A DNA stretch of 64,000 nucleotides from Octopus bimaculoides (lineage: Eukaryota). The translations under genes and the position numbers were made by a program. Shown here one piece after another: positions 51,612 to 64,000 of this stretch. Every line of letters begins with the position of its first letter. Position 1 is the stretch's first letter. The stretch covers positions 49,616,348 through 49,680,347 of the forward strand of contig NC_068982.1 of NCBI RefSeq assembly GCF_001194135.2. The letters are read 5' to 3'. A model generated the notes under the pieces. The model was not told the DNA's origin and made no database searches. It saw only the letters and a program-made list of their open reading frames with translations.

Positions 51612-52105
51612 TCTTTACTCTTTTACTTGTTTCAGTCATTTGACTGCAGCCATGCTGGGGTACTGCCTTTAGTCAAGCAAATCCACCCCAGGACTTATTC
51701 TTTGGAAGCCTAGTACTTATTCTATTGGTCTCTTTTTGCTGAACTGCCAAGTTATGGGGACGTAAACACACCAGCCTCGGTTGTCAAGCAAAGTTGGGGG
51801 GACAAACACAGACACACAAACATATAGACACATACATATATATGACAGGCTTCTTTCAGTTTCCGTCTACCAAATCCACTCACAAGGCTTTGGTCGGCCC
51901 AAGGCTATAGTAGAAGACACTTGCCCAAGGTACCACGCAGTGGGACTGAACCCAGAACCATGTGGTTGGTAAGCAAGCTACTTACTACACAGCCACTCCT
52001 GTGCCTATAGATATATATATATATGTATATTTGTTCGACTAAAACTCTTTAAGGCAGGCCCCAACATGGCCACAGTCAAATGATTGAAACAAGTAAAAGA
52101 GATTC
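51388..52105. mobile_element. Family A(+) SINE interrupted by a full-length A(-) copy (51610-52005)
   Basis: A(+) 5' half 51388-51550, (TA)n, complete A(-), then A(+) 3' end 52030-52102. Confidence 0.85.
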
Positions 52106-52904
52106 AAAGAATATGCTATTATATAAATCAAGAATATGTTTTTGCTGAGAGAGCTCTGCCATTCATATTTGTGAATTGCTGTGTTGCTTATAAAGTTTTG
52201 CATTCTACTACTTCACCTGTTTTCTCATTTTTTTTTTTTTTAAGATGATAGGGTGTGATTTTGAGGGATGTTAAGCAGCTATATCTAACAAGTAGAGAGA
52301 TCAGACAGAGGTTCCCTCACTAGATGGTAGGAATGCGTAAGTTGTAATTACAGTTGTCACAGTAACAGCATTTCATGTTACAGATATCATAATCTTGTTG
52401 CAACATCATTTTAAAACATGAAGATAGCAAAAATGGCTTTAACCAGGTTTCAGAAAGAAATGCTGAAACTTGCTAATTGATACCTTTCATAATGTTGTCA
52501 ACAGAAATAATTAGATAATTTTCTGAATTTCAAAGAGATGCTGGGTGGCATGGAAAAAAAAAAGAAAACAAACAAAAAAAAACCATGGTGATTAGTTCTT
52601 GTTCAACATTTATAATTCCTAGCTCTTGTATTTGAATTAAGGATAGCATTAAGTTTCTTTCATCATAGGCTGAGTACAGCAAAAACTAAGATGTCTTGTA
52701 ATTTCTAAAGATGACAGATGAAACATCATCATTGATTTCCCTGAAACTCTAGAAAGATCTTGCTTAATCATGGACACACCCTAGCTTCAATTTTTCAACA
52801 CAACAACATATTAAATCTTGATGCTTGATTTCTTTGTGCTCAGACGACTCCATCACTGATGCGTGTGTTGGGTATTTCATAGTCTGGGAAAATAATATCC
52901 TTAT

Positions 52905-53170
52905 TTAACCCATCAACATTCAGATCACTCAGTCAAATATAATGCTTATTTATTAGCATTGCTGTGAATCAGTCACACATGATCTGTTCTCTTCAAGATT
53001 TCGATGATGTGATTCTTTTAATCTTTTCCTTGTTTCAGTCATTAGACAATGGCCATGCTGGGGTACTGCCTTGAAGAGTTTTTAGTTGAATGAAGCGATT
53101 CCAGGACTTGCATATTTCTAAAGCCTGGTACTTATTTTATCGATCTCTTCTGCTAAACTGCTATGTTACA
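52905..53170. mobile_element. Family F MITE left part (52905-53020) fused to an A(-) 3' half (53025-53170)
   Basis: TTAACCCATCAACATTCAGATCAC..., then TTGTTTCAGTCATTAG... Confidence 0.65.
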
Positions 53171-54461
53171 GTTACGTATATATATATGTGTGTGTGTGTG
53201 TATGTATATACATATGTANNNNNNNNNNNNNNNNNNNNNNNNNNNNNNNNNNNNNNNNNNNNNNNNNNNNNNNNNNNNNNNNNNNNNNNNNNNNNNNNNN
53301 NNNNNNNNNNNNNNNNNNNNNNNNNNNNNNNNNNNNNNNNNNNNNNNNNNNNNNNNNNNNNNNNNNNNNNNNNNNNNNNNNNNNNNNNNNNNNNNNNNNN
53401 NNNNNNNNNNNNNNNNNNNNNNNNNNNNNNNNNNNNNNNNNNNNNNNNNNNNNNNNNNNNNNNNNNNNNNNNNNNNNNNNNNNNNNNNNNNNNNNNNNNN
53501 NNNNNNNNNATATATATATATATACATATATAAAGATATATATATATGGACATATATATGTATATGTACATATATGTATATATATATAGGTGTATATATA
53601 TATGTGTGTGTGTATAGGCATATATATATATATTGTGTGTGCGTGGTTGTGTGTGAGAGGGCAAGCGTATGTATATGTATACACACACACACACACACAC
53701 TGAAAGAAAGAAAGAAATATTCAACTGCAATTCTCTATACATTTTAACATAGTGTCCATGTTTCCATATAGGAATACCTCAGGAAAAAAAATTATATAAT
53801 GTTCGATAGGATAAGAACAGATTGGACTGAGAATAAATACATTTCTCTGAATTAGATTTGGAGGTATAATTTTGTTTCTATAAGATTATGAATAAACAAC
53901 AGCCTGCATGTCAAGGATAACTAACTAGTGGATGGCATTTGAATCACTGTTGACAGAAGATATGAATAACAGCAGAACTTAGAGTGTAATTCAATTTTAC
54001 TGATCTGTATTTTTGGTGGTGCAAGTAGACTTACGAAACCTTAATTTTTTTTTTTTTTTAAACTTTTTAAAAATAGCACTATCAAAATGAAAATATGGAG
54101 TAGAATGAAGGCAAAGCCTGCCTGATAATCCAAAAATATCTTAGTTCTAAATTTTCAATCATTTTTACTGACATGCAATGTTTTATTGCTCTGAAATTGT
54201 TAATGTTCAATATATATGTAAGAATATCAACATCACTGATATAAGGCTATGTTTAGAAATTCTGTGATTTTGTGAATATTCTGGATATTATTTTGACAAT
54301 TTCCATTGCTGTTTATATGTTCATGTGTATATACATAAGTATGTGTGTGCCTATATGTATGTGTATATACATATATATATATCCACCCATGCCAGCATGG
54401 AAGGTGGATGTTAAAATATATATATATGAATTTTCATTTTCATCGTTTTCACATTCACACT

Positions 54462-54502
<41 letters not shown>

Positions 54503-54504
54503 TA

Positions 54505-54909
54505 GGCGCAGGAGTGGCTATGTGGTAAGTAGCTTGCTTACCAACCACATGGTTCCGGGTTGATTCCCACTGTGTGGCACCTTGGGCAAGTGTCTTCTAC
54601 TATAGCCTTGGGCCGACCAAAGCCTTGTGAGTAGATTTGGTAGACGGAAACTGAAAGAAGCCTGTTGTATATATGTATATATATATGTGTGTGTGTGTTT
54701 TTATGTCTGTGTTTGTCCCCCTAGCATTGCTTGACAACAGATGCTGGTGTGTTTACGTCCCCGTAACTTAGCGGTTCGACAAAAAGAGACCGATAGAATA
54801 AGTACTAGGCTTACAAAGAATAAGTCCTGGGGTCGAATTTCTCGACTACAAAGGTGGTGCTCCAGCATGGCTGCAGTCAAATGACTGAAACAAGTAAAAG
54901 AGTAAAAGA
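54505..54909 (+). mobile_element. Family A SINE, best-preserved full-length copy (reference)
   Basis: GGCGCAGGAGTGGCTATGTGGTAAG (A box), GGGTTGATTCCC (B-box-like), core, internal (TA)(TG)n, tail GAAACAAGTAAAAGAGTAAAAGAA; retains CpGs; inserted in (TA)n. Confidence 0.93.
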
Positions 54910-55067
54910 ATATATATACACACACATTTGCATGTGTGTGTGCATGAATATGTATATGTATATTTTTTACTTGTTTCAGTCATTAGACGTGACCATGCTG
55001 GGGCACCATATTCATGGCTGCAGTAAAATGACTGAAACAAATAAAAATTTTTTTTTTTTAAATATCA

Positions 55068-55216
55068 TTGTCATCATCATTGTTTAACGTCCACCTTCCA
55101 TGCTAACATAGGTGGGACAGTTTCACAAGAGCCTGCCAGGCAGAAGCCTGCACCTAACTTCTGTGACTATTTTAGAAAGATTTTGACAGCTGGAAGCCCT
55201 TCCTAACACCAACCAC
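55068..55216 (-). mobile_element. Family B 3' part
   Basis: (CAT)n..TTTAACGTCCACCTTCCATGCT...GCCCTTCCTAACACCAACCACT. Confidence 0.8.
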
Positions 55217-55218
55217 TC

Positions 55219-55270
<52 letters not shown>

Positions 55271-55492
55271 GTATATATANNNNNNNNNNTATATATATAC
55301 ATACATATACATACATATACATATATATATGTAAATTTAAAAGTATGAGAATGAGTGCTTAACAGTGCATTGGTGGATAAAATTTCTTTATCTGTGTATA
55401 AAAACTACCATTGGTTTCATGTGAAGAAAATATCTTAATATCTTAACAGGTTTTCAAGCTGATCCCATAGAGAAATGATGTTCATGTGTGTG

Positions 55493-55533
<41 letters not shown>

Positions 55534-56497
55534 TTGGCCAAAAGTCACACAACAGTAAATCAAAATTCCATAATATTCAATTTTATTTATTCATTCCAAT
55601 TATGAATGTTTAATAATTGAATACTGTGAGTTAAAAACCACCGTTTATTTCAATGCTTTTATTAAATCAATTCAGTTGTTAAACATAAATAAATCTTGGA
55701 ATTTGATTTACTCTCAGATGACTTTTGCCCAATACACACACACACACACATATATATAGTCATCTTATTCTCTGTACAAGAGTTGATGTTTTCAATTACC
55801 ATGTATCATTCTGGAGATTAGTCTGTTGGTTTCTATACCAGTACCATTCTATATATAGGCATATACAAACATATACATTTATCTATATATATGTGTATAT
55901 ATATACTTTATATAAATGTAACATCTATTAATCTCTTATATAACTAACAAGATTATGAAATGGTTGTAAGCATACGGAATAAACATCTACCCCTTCACAT
56001 CATTTCTCTTATCTATTCCTACATATATTATGGACCATGTTCTCCTTCTTGTGTATGGTTGTTGTATGCCACAACATATTTTAAACATCATGATCTTTGC
56101 AAGACAACTGGTTTCTCTTCGTTTAGTTTCTGTTTATCTAACAGTAAAATCAGAGAAAGTTCCAAATAAAAGCTGGCAACCAGTCTACCAAGAAGCTGAG
56201 TGATAGCTTAAGTTTGTGGCTACAATAGGAAACACATACTGATCCAAAGACACACAATAAGAGCAACTAGCTGGATTTTGCACAATAAATTTCATATCCA
56301 ATGGCAAATTCTGCTTCTGTTTATGAAAGCCATTTTCTAATTGAATGCCTACATGCTGGATATTGCTGAAGCAGTTATACAAGGCTTAGATATCTTTTGG
56401 CATTCACAGGAGATCAGGAAGATGGGAATCAAAGCAAGCTGAGGTGAAAGCCGCAAGAGATTTTGCAACACAAATTAGAGATCTTTGTATGTACGTA

Positions 56498-56533
<36 letters not shown>

Positions 56534-57488
56534 CATGTGCCCATATATAGAATGATACAGGTTTGGAAACCAACAGACTAATATATATGTATATATATTT
56601 ATACATACACACACACACACACAAAACAGATTCATATACGCACACACTGTTATCTGCACATGCACATATACGCACACATACTCATATATATGTGTGTGTG
56701 TATACATCAGTCTATCACCTACACCTGAGCTCTAGGAATCTAGCTCTGTCAGCAAAGTTTGTAGTTAATTATGGCTACTATGATTAGTTCAATGTCGTTT
56801 TTGACTCATAGGTGTGTTAGCAGCTTGCCAGTATTGTTGATGTCACCTTTTAAATAAATGCTGCTGTTGATCATTTTGAGATGTGTAAGAAGTGCTTTCG
56901 AAAGATGGTATCTCTTTGTCTGACGATCTTATTGATTAGAATTCATACAAGTGACAACTGCAGAGCTACATAGCTTGTACATACTCATTGGCTTCTTTCA
57001 CCCATTTTAGCCTGCCAGTTGAAGTAGTTTACTAGGGTTTAACTGCTGTACTGGTGTATGCAAACAGCTATTTGGAGCCACAAGTGAATGTTGGGTGTCA
57101 GGTGAAGTACAAAGTGGAGAAACCATCTTGCAGACTACAATGTGTTCTCCTGTCAAAAGTGCTACCTCACCTTGTCATATCATACACCTCAACAGAGAGC
57201 CAACAGGTATGTAACTCTAGGTCAATAAGGGGTTATCTCTCCATGCATGTGAAGACTGGATCTGGTGGACTCTGTGGAAAGAAATCTTTGTGACTCAGTA
57301 GAGAGGAAGAAAGCTGCATAAATGCATTGTGGATTACAAAAAGCAGGATGAGGCAAGCAAGACAGCTTGGTCACCCACTGCATGCATCTTCATCACTAGT
57401 TGTCTTGACCTAGTCTTGCTACTGGACTGAAGATACCTGCAGATCAAAGAGTGAGACTGACAATGTGTAACCCTTCATCACTTTAAAC

Positions 57489-57731
57489 AAGTGGTTCTCA
57501 ACCAGGGTTCATATGGTCCTTAAGGGTCCATGTAAGATTTTGTTGTTGAAATTTATGTGCAATTCTAGAATACACAAAAATATTTTAACAATTATTTTTA
57601 TACAATTCCTAATAATATTTAAATTACAAAAATGTAAGAGGAATTTTTGAAACATCAAATGGCAAGGAGGGTCTATCTGAGTAAAATAGGAATTAAAGGG
57701 TCCATAAGTATAAAACAGTTGCAAAATACTG
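57489..57731. mobile_element. hAT-type MITE with 8-bp TSD
   Basis: CTTTAAAC|AAGTGGTTCTCAACC ... GTTTGCAAAATACTG|CTTTAAAT; the left end resembles the CAGTGGTTCTCAA termini of hAT-Charlie-type MITEs. Confidence 0.65.
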
Positions 57732-58830
57732 CTTTAAATAAAGACACTGTGCAAATTATTGCTCATTTCTAGGATGGACAGATGACCATTGTCATTTGAC
57801 AGATGAACATGAGTGGTGGTATATCTGAAGTTCACCTTACTGAGAAGTTTGATGTATTGCACCTCAGCTCCTTGCAAGTCCAGAAACCTTCAGCACTGCC
57901 TCCACCTCTATGCTATTGAAAACGTTTTCATAACCAATGTAGGCAATGTAAAAAATGCAGTTGATACTCTTTTTATTTCATCCGCTGTGTGGGAGTGAAT
58001 GCGTGATGTATTATGCAGTGGTTCTTCAGAAAAACCTAGCTCCCTCGGGTGTTGGTAGTTGAGATGATCTGATAGTCTGGTAACTATGAAGTTTGTAATC
58101 AACTAATAGGGATGAAACGGGCATATGTGGTAATAGTTTCTCAAATCATCCATATCACTCTCATTTGTGAGTAGTGTTTATAGGCACACCATACAAACAC
58201 ACACGTTTGTGTGTGTGTGTTTATATATATATATATATATATATATATNNNNNNNNNNNNNNNNNNNNNNNNNNNNNNNNNNNNNNNNNNNNNNNNNNNN
58301 NNNNNNNNNNNNNNNNNNNNNNNNNNNNNNNNNNNNNNNNNNNNNNNNNNNNNNNNNNNNNNNNNNNNNNNNNNNNNNNNNNNNNNNNNNNNNNNNNNNN
58401 NNNNNNNNNNNNNNNNNNNNNNNNNNNNNNNNNNNNNNNNNNNNNNNNNNNNNNNNNNNNNNNNNNNNNNNNNNNNNNNNNNNNNNNNNNNNNNNNNNNN
58501 NNNNNNNNNNNNNNNNNNNNNNNNNNNNNNNNNNNNNNNNNNNNNNNNNNNNNNNNNNNNNNNNNNNNNNNNNNNNNNNNNNNNNNNNNNNNNNNNNNNN
58601 NNNNNNNNNNNNNNNNNNNNNNNNNNNNNNNNNNNNNNNNNNNNNNNNNNNNNNNNNNNNNNNNNNNNNNNNNNNNNNNNNNNNNNNNNNNNNNNNNNNN
58701 NNNNNNNNNNNNNNNNNNNNNNNNNNNNNNNNNNNNNNNNNNNNNNNNNNNNNNNNNNNNNNNNNNNNNNNNNNNNNNNNNNNNNNNNNNNNNNNNNNNN
58801 NNNNNNNNNNNNNNNNNNNNNNNNNNNNNN

Positions 58831-59907
58831 AGGTAATTAAAATTCCTTAAAATGTCAGATCTATTGGATTTTCAAAGAGGTCAAATTGTTGGTGCTCATA
58901 TGGCAGGCACTAGCATAATGGAAACAGCCGAAATGTTTGGTATATCAAGAATTACTGTCTTAAAAGTAACAACAGCCTTTGAGAAAGAGGGAAAAATCTC
59001 CTGAAGAAAACGAAGACTTTCAGGTAGGGACTGTTGGACTCTTACGCAAATTGTTAGAAAGGATTACAAAAGTACAGCTCCCAAAATTACTGCAGAGCTT
59101 AATGACCACCTCGAGAATCCAGTTTCCACAAAAACTGTTCACCAGGAGTTGCACAAAGCCAGATTTCATGGGAGGCTGCAATCAGAAAACAACTACTTTA
59201 AAAAACAAATGTTGCAAAGCATTTAGAGTGGAGTAAAAAAACCCTACAGAATTGGTCCCTAGAGCAGTGGAAGAATGTTACTTTCTCAGACGAGTCATCT
59301 TTTACCTTATTTTCGACCACCAGCCAAGTATTTGTGTGGAGACAGACAAAAGAAGCATTTGACCCAGAGTGCTTTCTTCCAACTGTTAAACATGGAGGAG
59401 GATCTGTGATAATCTGGTGGGGCGCTATATCTTGGAAATCTGCTGGCCCAATGATTTCCCTTCATGGCAGAACTAACAGTTAAGACTAAGCATTTTATCT
59501 GACCAAATTCATTCTATGGTTGCAGAACTGTTTCTGGAGGGAAACACAATCTTTCAGGATGATAATGCACCACTTCACACAGCTAAAATTGTTACTGAAT
59601 GGTACGAAGAACATTGAACATCTTATCTGGCCACCACAGTCACCAGATCTCAATATTATTGAACATTTATGGTGCATTTTAGAAAAACAATTAAGGAATT
59701 GATATCCTCCACCATCATCACTACAAGGACTGGAGACTGTTTTAGCTGAAGACTGGACAAAAATTCCATTGGAAACAATTCAAACTTTGTATGAGCCCAT
59801 ATCTCGTAGAATTCAAGCTGTAATTACTACCAAAGGCACTCCTATCCCATATTAAAATAAATTTGTTTGAAATTTTAAGGTGTTTCCATTATTTTGTCCA
59901 TCCCCTG
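58831..59907 (+). mobile_element. Tc1-like DNA transposon, copy 2 (5' end lies in gap)
   Basis: 3' TIR ...GGTGTTTCCATTATTTTGTCCATCCCCTG|TA; internal homology to 30834-31455. Confidence 0.9.
58852..59855 (+). pseudogene. Tc1-like DDE transposase, frameshifted
   Basis: MSDLLDFQRGQIVG...; WKNVTFSDESSF; FQDDNAPLH; WPPQSPDLNIIEHLW; ...RRIQAVITTKGTPIPY*. Confidence 0.93.
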
Positions 59908-59916
59908 TATATATAT

Positions 59917-59988
<72 letters not shown>

Positions 59989-60913
59989 ATAAATGACAGA
60001 GAAATAGTTCGATGAAATTTTATCTAACCATAAAAAAATTCTAATGTCAAGACAAATTGTTTCATAACTTATGTTGTACAATATATTTTATATGTTCATT
60101 AATGATACATAAAAATAACTTTTTTATGAGTACTACCGGGTTACTTGAATACATATATTGTGACTTAAATTTATATACATATGTACATATATATATATAC
60201 ATATACAGACAGAGAGAGACAGAAAGAGAGGAAGAAAAATATGTACATATATATATATATATATACATTCATACATATAAGGAAAAATACTTGTTTTTGT
60301 GAAATCAGCAATTGGAAATATAAGGTGGACATTTATCAATATTTTGATGCCAGGATAATAAAGTCTAGCCAGAGGGTAGCAAACCTTGTAATGAAACCTT
60401 CATACAGGAATTGACAAAAACATAGCATAACAAATACAAAGAATAGAAAAGCGGGGAGGTAGGAGAAAAGATAGGAGAAAGAGGAAGGAACAGAGAATAC
60501 ATAAGGTTTGCAAAATTAAATAGGTATGTATGGAATGAAAGACAGAGAAAGGAAGAGGAAGCGAGACAGAAAGATAAGGAGACTGGTAATTAGTGAAGTA
60601 TATGCATTTTGTTATAACTAGTTCTTATATTGTTTATTGTTGAATTAATCTAAAAGAAACACATGATTTACTGTCACACAAATGCATACACGTGCGTGTG
60701 AATGCACACACACACATTTAACTCAATATTTCTTTCCTGCTAGAGTTATCAATGAAATTAATGACTTCACTTTTGGTAATCTAATAATAATTTACACATG
60801 CTTGCATGTATGTGTGGGGTTTCTTCTGAGGTGAGGCTTAGACAGAGTCTGAGTTTAGAAGATAATCACCTGATTCATTTCCACATGTCCATCACTCAAT
60901 ATCTCTCACTACC

Positions 60914-61069
60914 CATTCTTATATTTTGAGTTCAAATTCCGCTAAGGTTGATTTTACCTTTCATCCTTCCAGGGTCAATAAATGTGCCAGTTGAGCACTG
61001 GGGGTGGGGGCTGATGTAATCGACTTAACCCTCCATCAAAATTGCTGGCCTTATGCCAAAATGCTAAAC
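60914..61069 (+). mobile_element. 5'-truncated family C SINE with 17-bp TSD
   Basis: CAATATCTCTCACTACC at 60897-60913 and 61070-61086. Confidence 0.88.
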
Positions 61070-61652
61070 CAATATCTCTCACTACCATGCAATACCATAC
61101 TTCTTCAAGAACCTTCGTATAGATAGGAAAGGCTTCATCACCAACAGAGGTCACCACTACCTAGATAGACATCCAACCATTTTTCTTACATTAGCTTCTA
61201 TACTTACAAGTTAGTTACCACCTGCAGCCAGGATCAGTGCACTCAGGTGTGGGAAACATAGGCAACCTAATTAGAGCTGCAGGTAGTTGTTGTGACAGTA
61301 TAATAGTAGCTGAAATAACATAGGGAGGTGTAAGAAGATTAGAGAATTAGTAATCTGCAATGAGTCCTGTACTGGGGGTCAAAACCATGCAACTCCTGCT
61401 TCCCAGGAAAATATGATAGTGTTTACATCAGCCTGAGAGTGCAATTTTCAGGCATTTGAAGCTTAATTCCAAGAAAGAAACTATTTGATATTTCTAGAGA
61501 GCCATCAATAATGAATCAAGGTGATAGTTTGCTAGAAGTATATACCTTCTGTTATCCAGGTGATCAAATTACTGCCGGAGATATTTGTAATGAAAATATG
61601 GAAGTGAAGTTAAGCGGAGGAGGAGAAAGACTTCACGAATCTGTTGGTTATT

Positions 61653-61700
<48 letters not shown>

Positions 61701-62916
61701 TCCCTCCCCGAGCACAAACAACAGACTATAAAATACCTGTAAACAGTGTGATGATGGCTAGCAGTAAAAAATGGGTATTTAACAAAGATTTACAGAGAAA
61801 AGAGAGAAATAAATTTAGCATTATCTGTTGGATTTATGACATCAACTTAAGTTGAACACACTCACACACACACAACACACAAACACGTACACAAATACAT
61901 ATACATTATATACATATATACATATAGAAATTTTGGTGAATGATTTTAGATGAGTTTCACTTTTGTATTAAACATTAAGGATTTTTCCTTTCATTTACAT
62001 CAAACAACATCATTTAATTACATCTTACAGTTCATTGCTGAATGACTAAAGAGTTTCCAAAGAGGGCTTATTATTAAACAGCTTATAAAGCCAATACAAG
62101 CCAATATAATGCTCAGATATTAGAGATGAAAATGATGATAAACGTGTTATGTCAGGTTATCTGTTGAATATACCGGGTTCTACTTTCAGCATTGAATGAT
62201 TCTGATTCATGTTGCTTCATCTCTTGCCATCATCAAAATGTAATCAGATTAGTGTGTATTCTTCATATCTACTTAGTAGAAAGGCATTTAGAAAATAAAT
62301 ATTCTTAACTAAATTGTGATAGAATGAATATTTAGTTTGCCAGAAAAACCAACCAATGAGTATCCATGGATTTTAATGTCCTCTTCATTCCTCAGCCAGC
62401 AGCAGGTGATAAGCGAGAGTTGGAAAATAAAATACACTTTTGAATAGATATAAATGACAAGCTTTCTTGAAAGAAGTTCTGTACCTCACCCACAAACCAA
62501 CTCTTGAACTGTACCAGGTGAAATAGTATGAAGGAAAATTTATGTCATCTTAATAGTTATGTACATGAGAAGTAACTGTTATTATTGAATGTATCCATTT
62601 ATAACCTGAGACTAAGATAAATGAGATAACAGACTTTTACATATATATGCTTTAAACTTCTTAAAAGGAAGAAAATTTTATACAGAAAAGAAAAACTGTC
62701 GCTATCTAGCATTGTGATAATATGTGACATCTGAAATAAATCATAACAGAAGTTATGTGAGAGCATTAGTGACTTTCATGCATCAATACTTTACTCCTGA
62801 CTACCATTTTTGAGAAAATCTTATTTACAGTCAGTCATAACACTGATTTATAAAAAAATTAAATCTTAAACAAATATTCAAGAATCCAATTTATTTTTCT
62901 GTAATATATTACTATC

Positions 62917-63100
62917 AACATCATCTTCATCCTTTAATGTCCATTTTCCATGCTGGCATGAGTTGAATGGTTTTGATAAGAGCTGACAAGCAAGAAAGTT
63001 GCACCAAATCCCAGTCTGATTTGACTTCATTTCTATGGCTGGATGCCTTTCCTAACACCAACCACTTTACAGTGAGTGCTTGGTGTTTTTTAACATGCAT
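62917..63100 (-). mobile_element. Family B 3' part
   Basis: CATCATC..TTTAATGTCCATTTTCCATGCTGGCATG...CCTTTCCTAACACCAACCACTTTACAG. Confidence 0.85.
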
Positions 63101-63387
63101 TTTGCCAAATAACCTGAGAAATATATAAGGAGCAGACATAGATGCTTTTCAAGCAGTAACTTCACCATCTGCTGGCCAAGATCCCACATACAACTACATC
63201 AGGGCAAGAAACTCAAAAGAAGACAATAGTACCAAACTCTTTCCTACATCAAAAGGCAATAATGAGAGAATGGCCACTGAAAAGGTGATGATACTGGCTG
63301 TGTCTCAGCATGGCCACGGCCTTTGGGTTGAGATGCATAAGACTAAACAATGAAATAAAATAACACGCACATATATATATGTGTGTA

Positions 63388-63576
63388 GGCACAGGCAAGG
63401 CTGTGTGGTAAGAAGCTTGCTTCCCAACTGCATGGTTCCAGGTTCAGTCCCATTGTGTGGCGCCTTGAGCAAGTGTCTTCTACTTTAGCCTTGGGTTGAC
63501 CAAAGCCTTGTGAGTGGATTTGGCAGACAGAAACTGAAAGACACCTGTTGTCTATCTATCTATCTATCTATCTATC

Positions 63577-63623
<47 letters not shown>

Positions 63624-63810
63624 TTATCTACCCACCATCGCCTGACAACTGCTGCTGGTGTGGTTACATCCCTGCAACTTAGCAGTTTGGCAAAAGGGGC
63701 TGATAAAATAAGTACAAGGCTTACAAAGAATAACTCCTCAGGTAAATTTCTTTAACTAAAAAAACATTTTAAGCTGGTGCTCTAGCATAGCAGCAGTCAA
63801 ATGACTGAAA
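63388..63810 (+). mobile_element. Family A SINE, near full length
   Basis: GGCACAGGCAAGGCTGTGTGGTAAG...CAGTCAAATGACTGAAAC with internal (TATC)(TA)(TG) microsatellite. Confidence 0.9.
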
Positions 63811-63947
63811 CTTTGAAGTTTCAACCTGATGTCTCCCTTCTTGTTTACGTTTAACAAACATAAACTCCACTAAAAAAGTATTGAGCAAATTGTTCAGTCT
63901 AAAGTTAAATTGTTAATACATATAACTTGACATAAAAACAAACATTA

Positions 63948-64000
<53 letters not shown>

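Noticed and set aside
54505-54575. SINE heads (families A, D and the 17.1 kb element) as tRNA genes
   Set aside because: A/B-box-like motifs are present, but no complete cloverleaf and each continues into repeat bodies.
56170-56460. Possible L2/CR1 C-terminal remnant (WILHNKFHIQWQILLLFMKA)
   Set aside because: Only a vague pattern match; needs HMM confirmation.
61217-61287. Hairpin as a pre-miRNA
   Set aside because: Only ~9-12 paired bases around a 47-nt loop; not pre-miRNA geometry.
61511-61855. 114-aa ORF
   Set aside because: Runs through a (CT)n tract (SLSLSL) and has no recognisable domain.
63129-63354. ~75-codon stop-free frame as a host exon
   Set aside because: No polypyrimidine acceptor, no recognisable domain, and length is attainable by chance between repeats.

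Overview
AT-rich, gappy eukaryotic DNA with no supportable host protein-coding exon. It is dense in (TA)n/(CA)n/(GAT)n/(ATT)n microsatellites and has 11 N-gaps. The repeat landscape looks like an octopus/coleoid cephalopod intron or intergenic region; this is my recollection of the repeat families and is not database-verified. Content: (i) about 50 copies or fragments of five short retroposon families, here labelled A to E, many nested in one another. (ii) Decayed DNA transposons: a near full-length Tigger/pogo (DD32D, minus strand, ~23.95-26.48 kb), two copies of one Tc1-like element (+, ~30.7-31.5 kb and ~58.8-59.9 kb) and an internally deleted mariner (minus, ~13.8-14.4 kb). (iii) TTAA-, TA- and 8-bp-TSD MITEs. 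The most interesting signal is a set of short non-coding insertions carrying hammerhead-ribozyme-like cores (CUGANGA...GAAA) at 11.7, 17.0, 27.1 and 42.8 kb, together with long fold-back palindromes at 11.7, 30.3 and 44.7 kb. One element (16892-17212) combines a tRNA-like Pol III head, a hammerhead-like core, 24-bp inverted repeats and a 13-bp target-site duplication, i.e. a candidate SINE/retrozyme hybrid possibly mobilised by Penelope-like elements. Boundaries of degenerate repeat copies are approximate (+/-10-20 bp).
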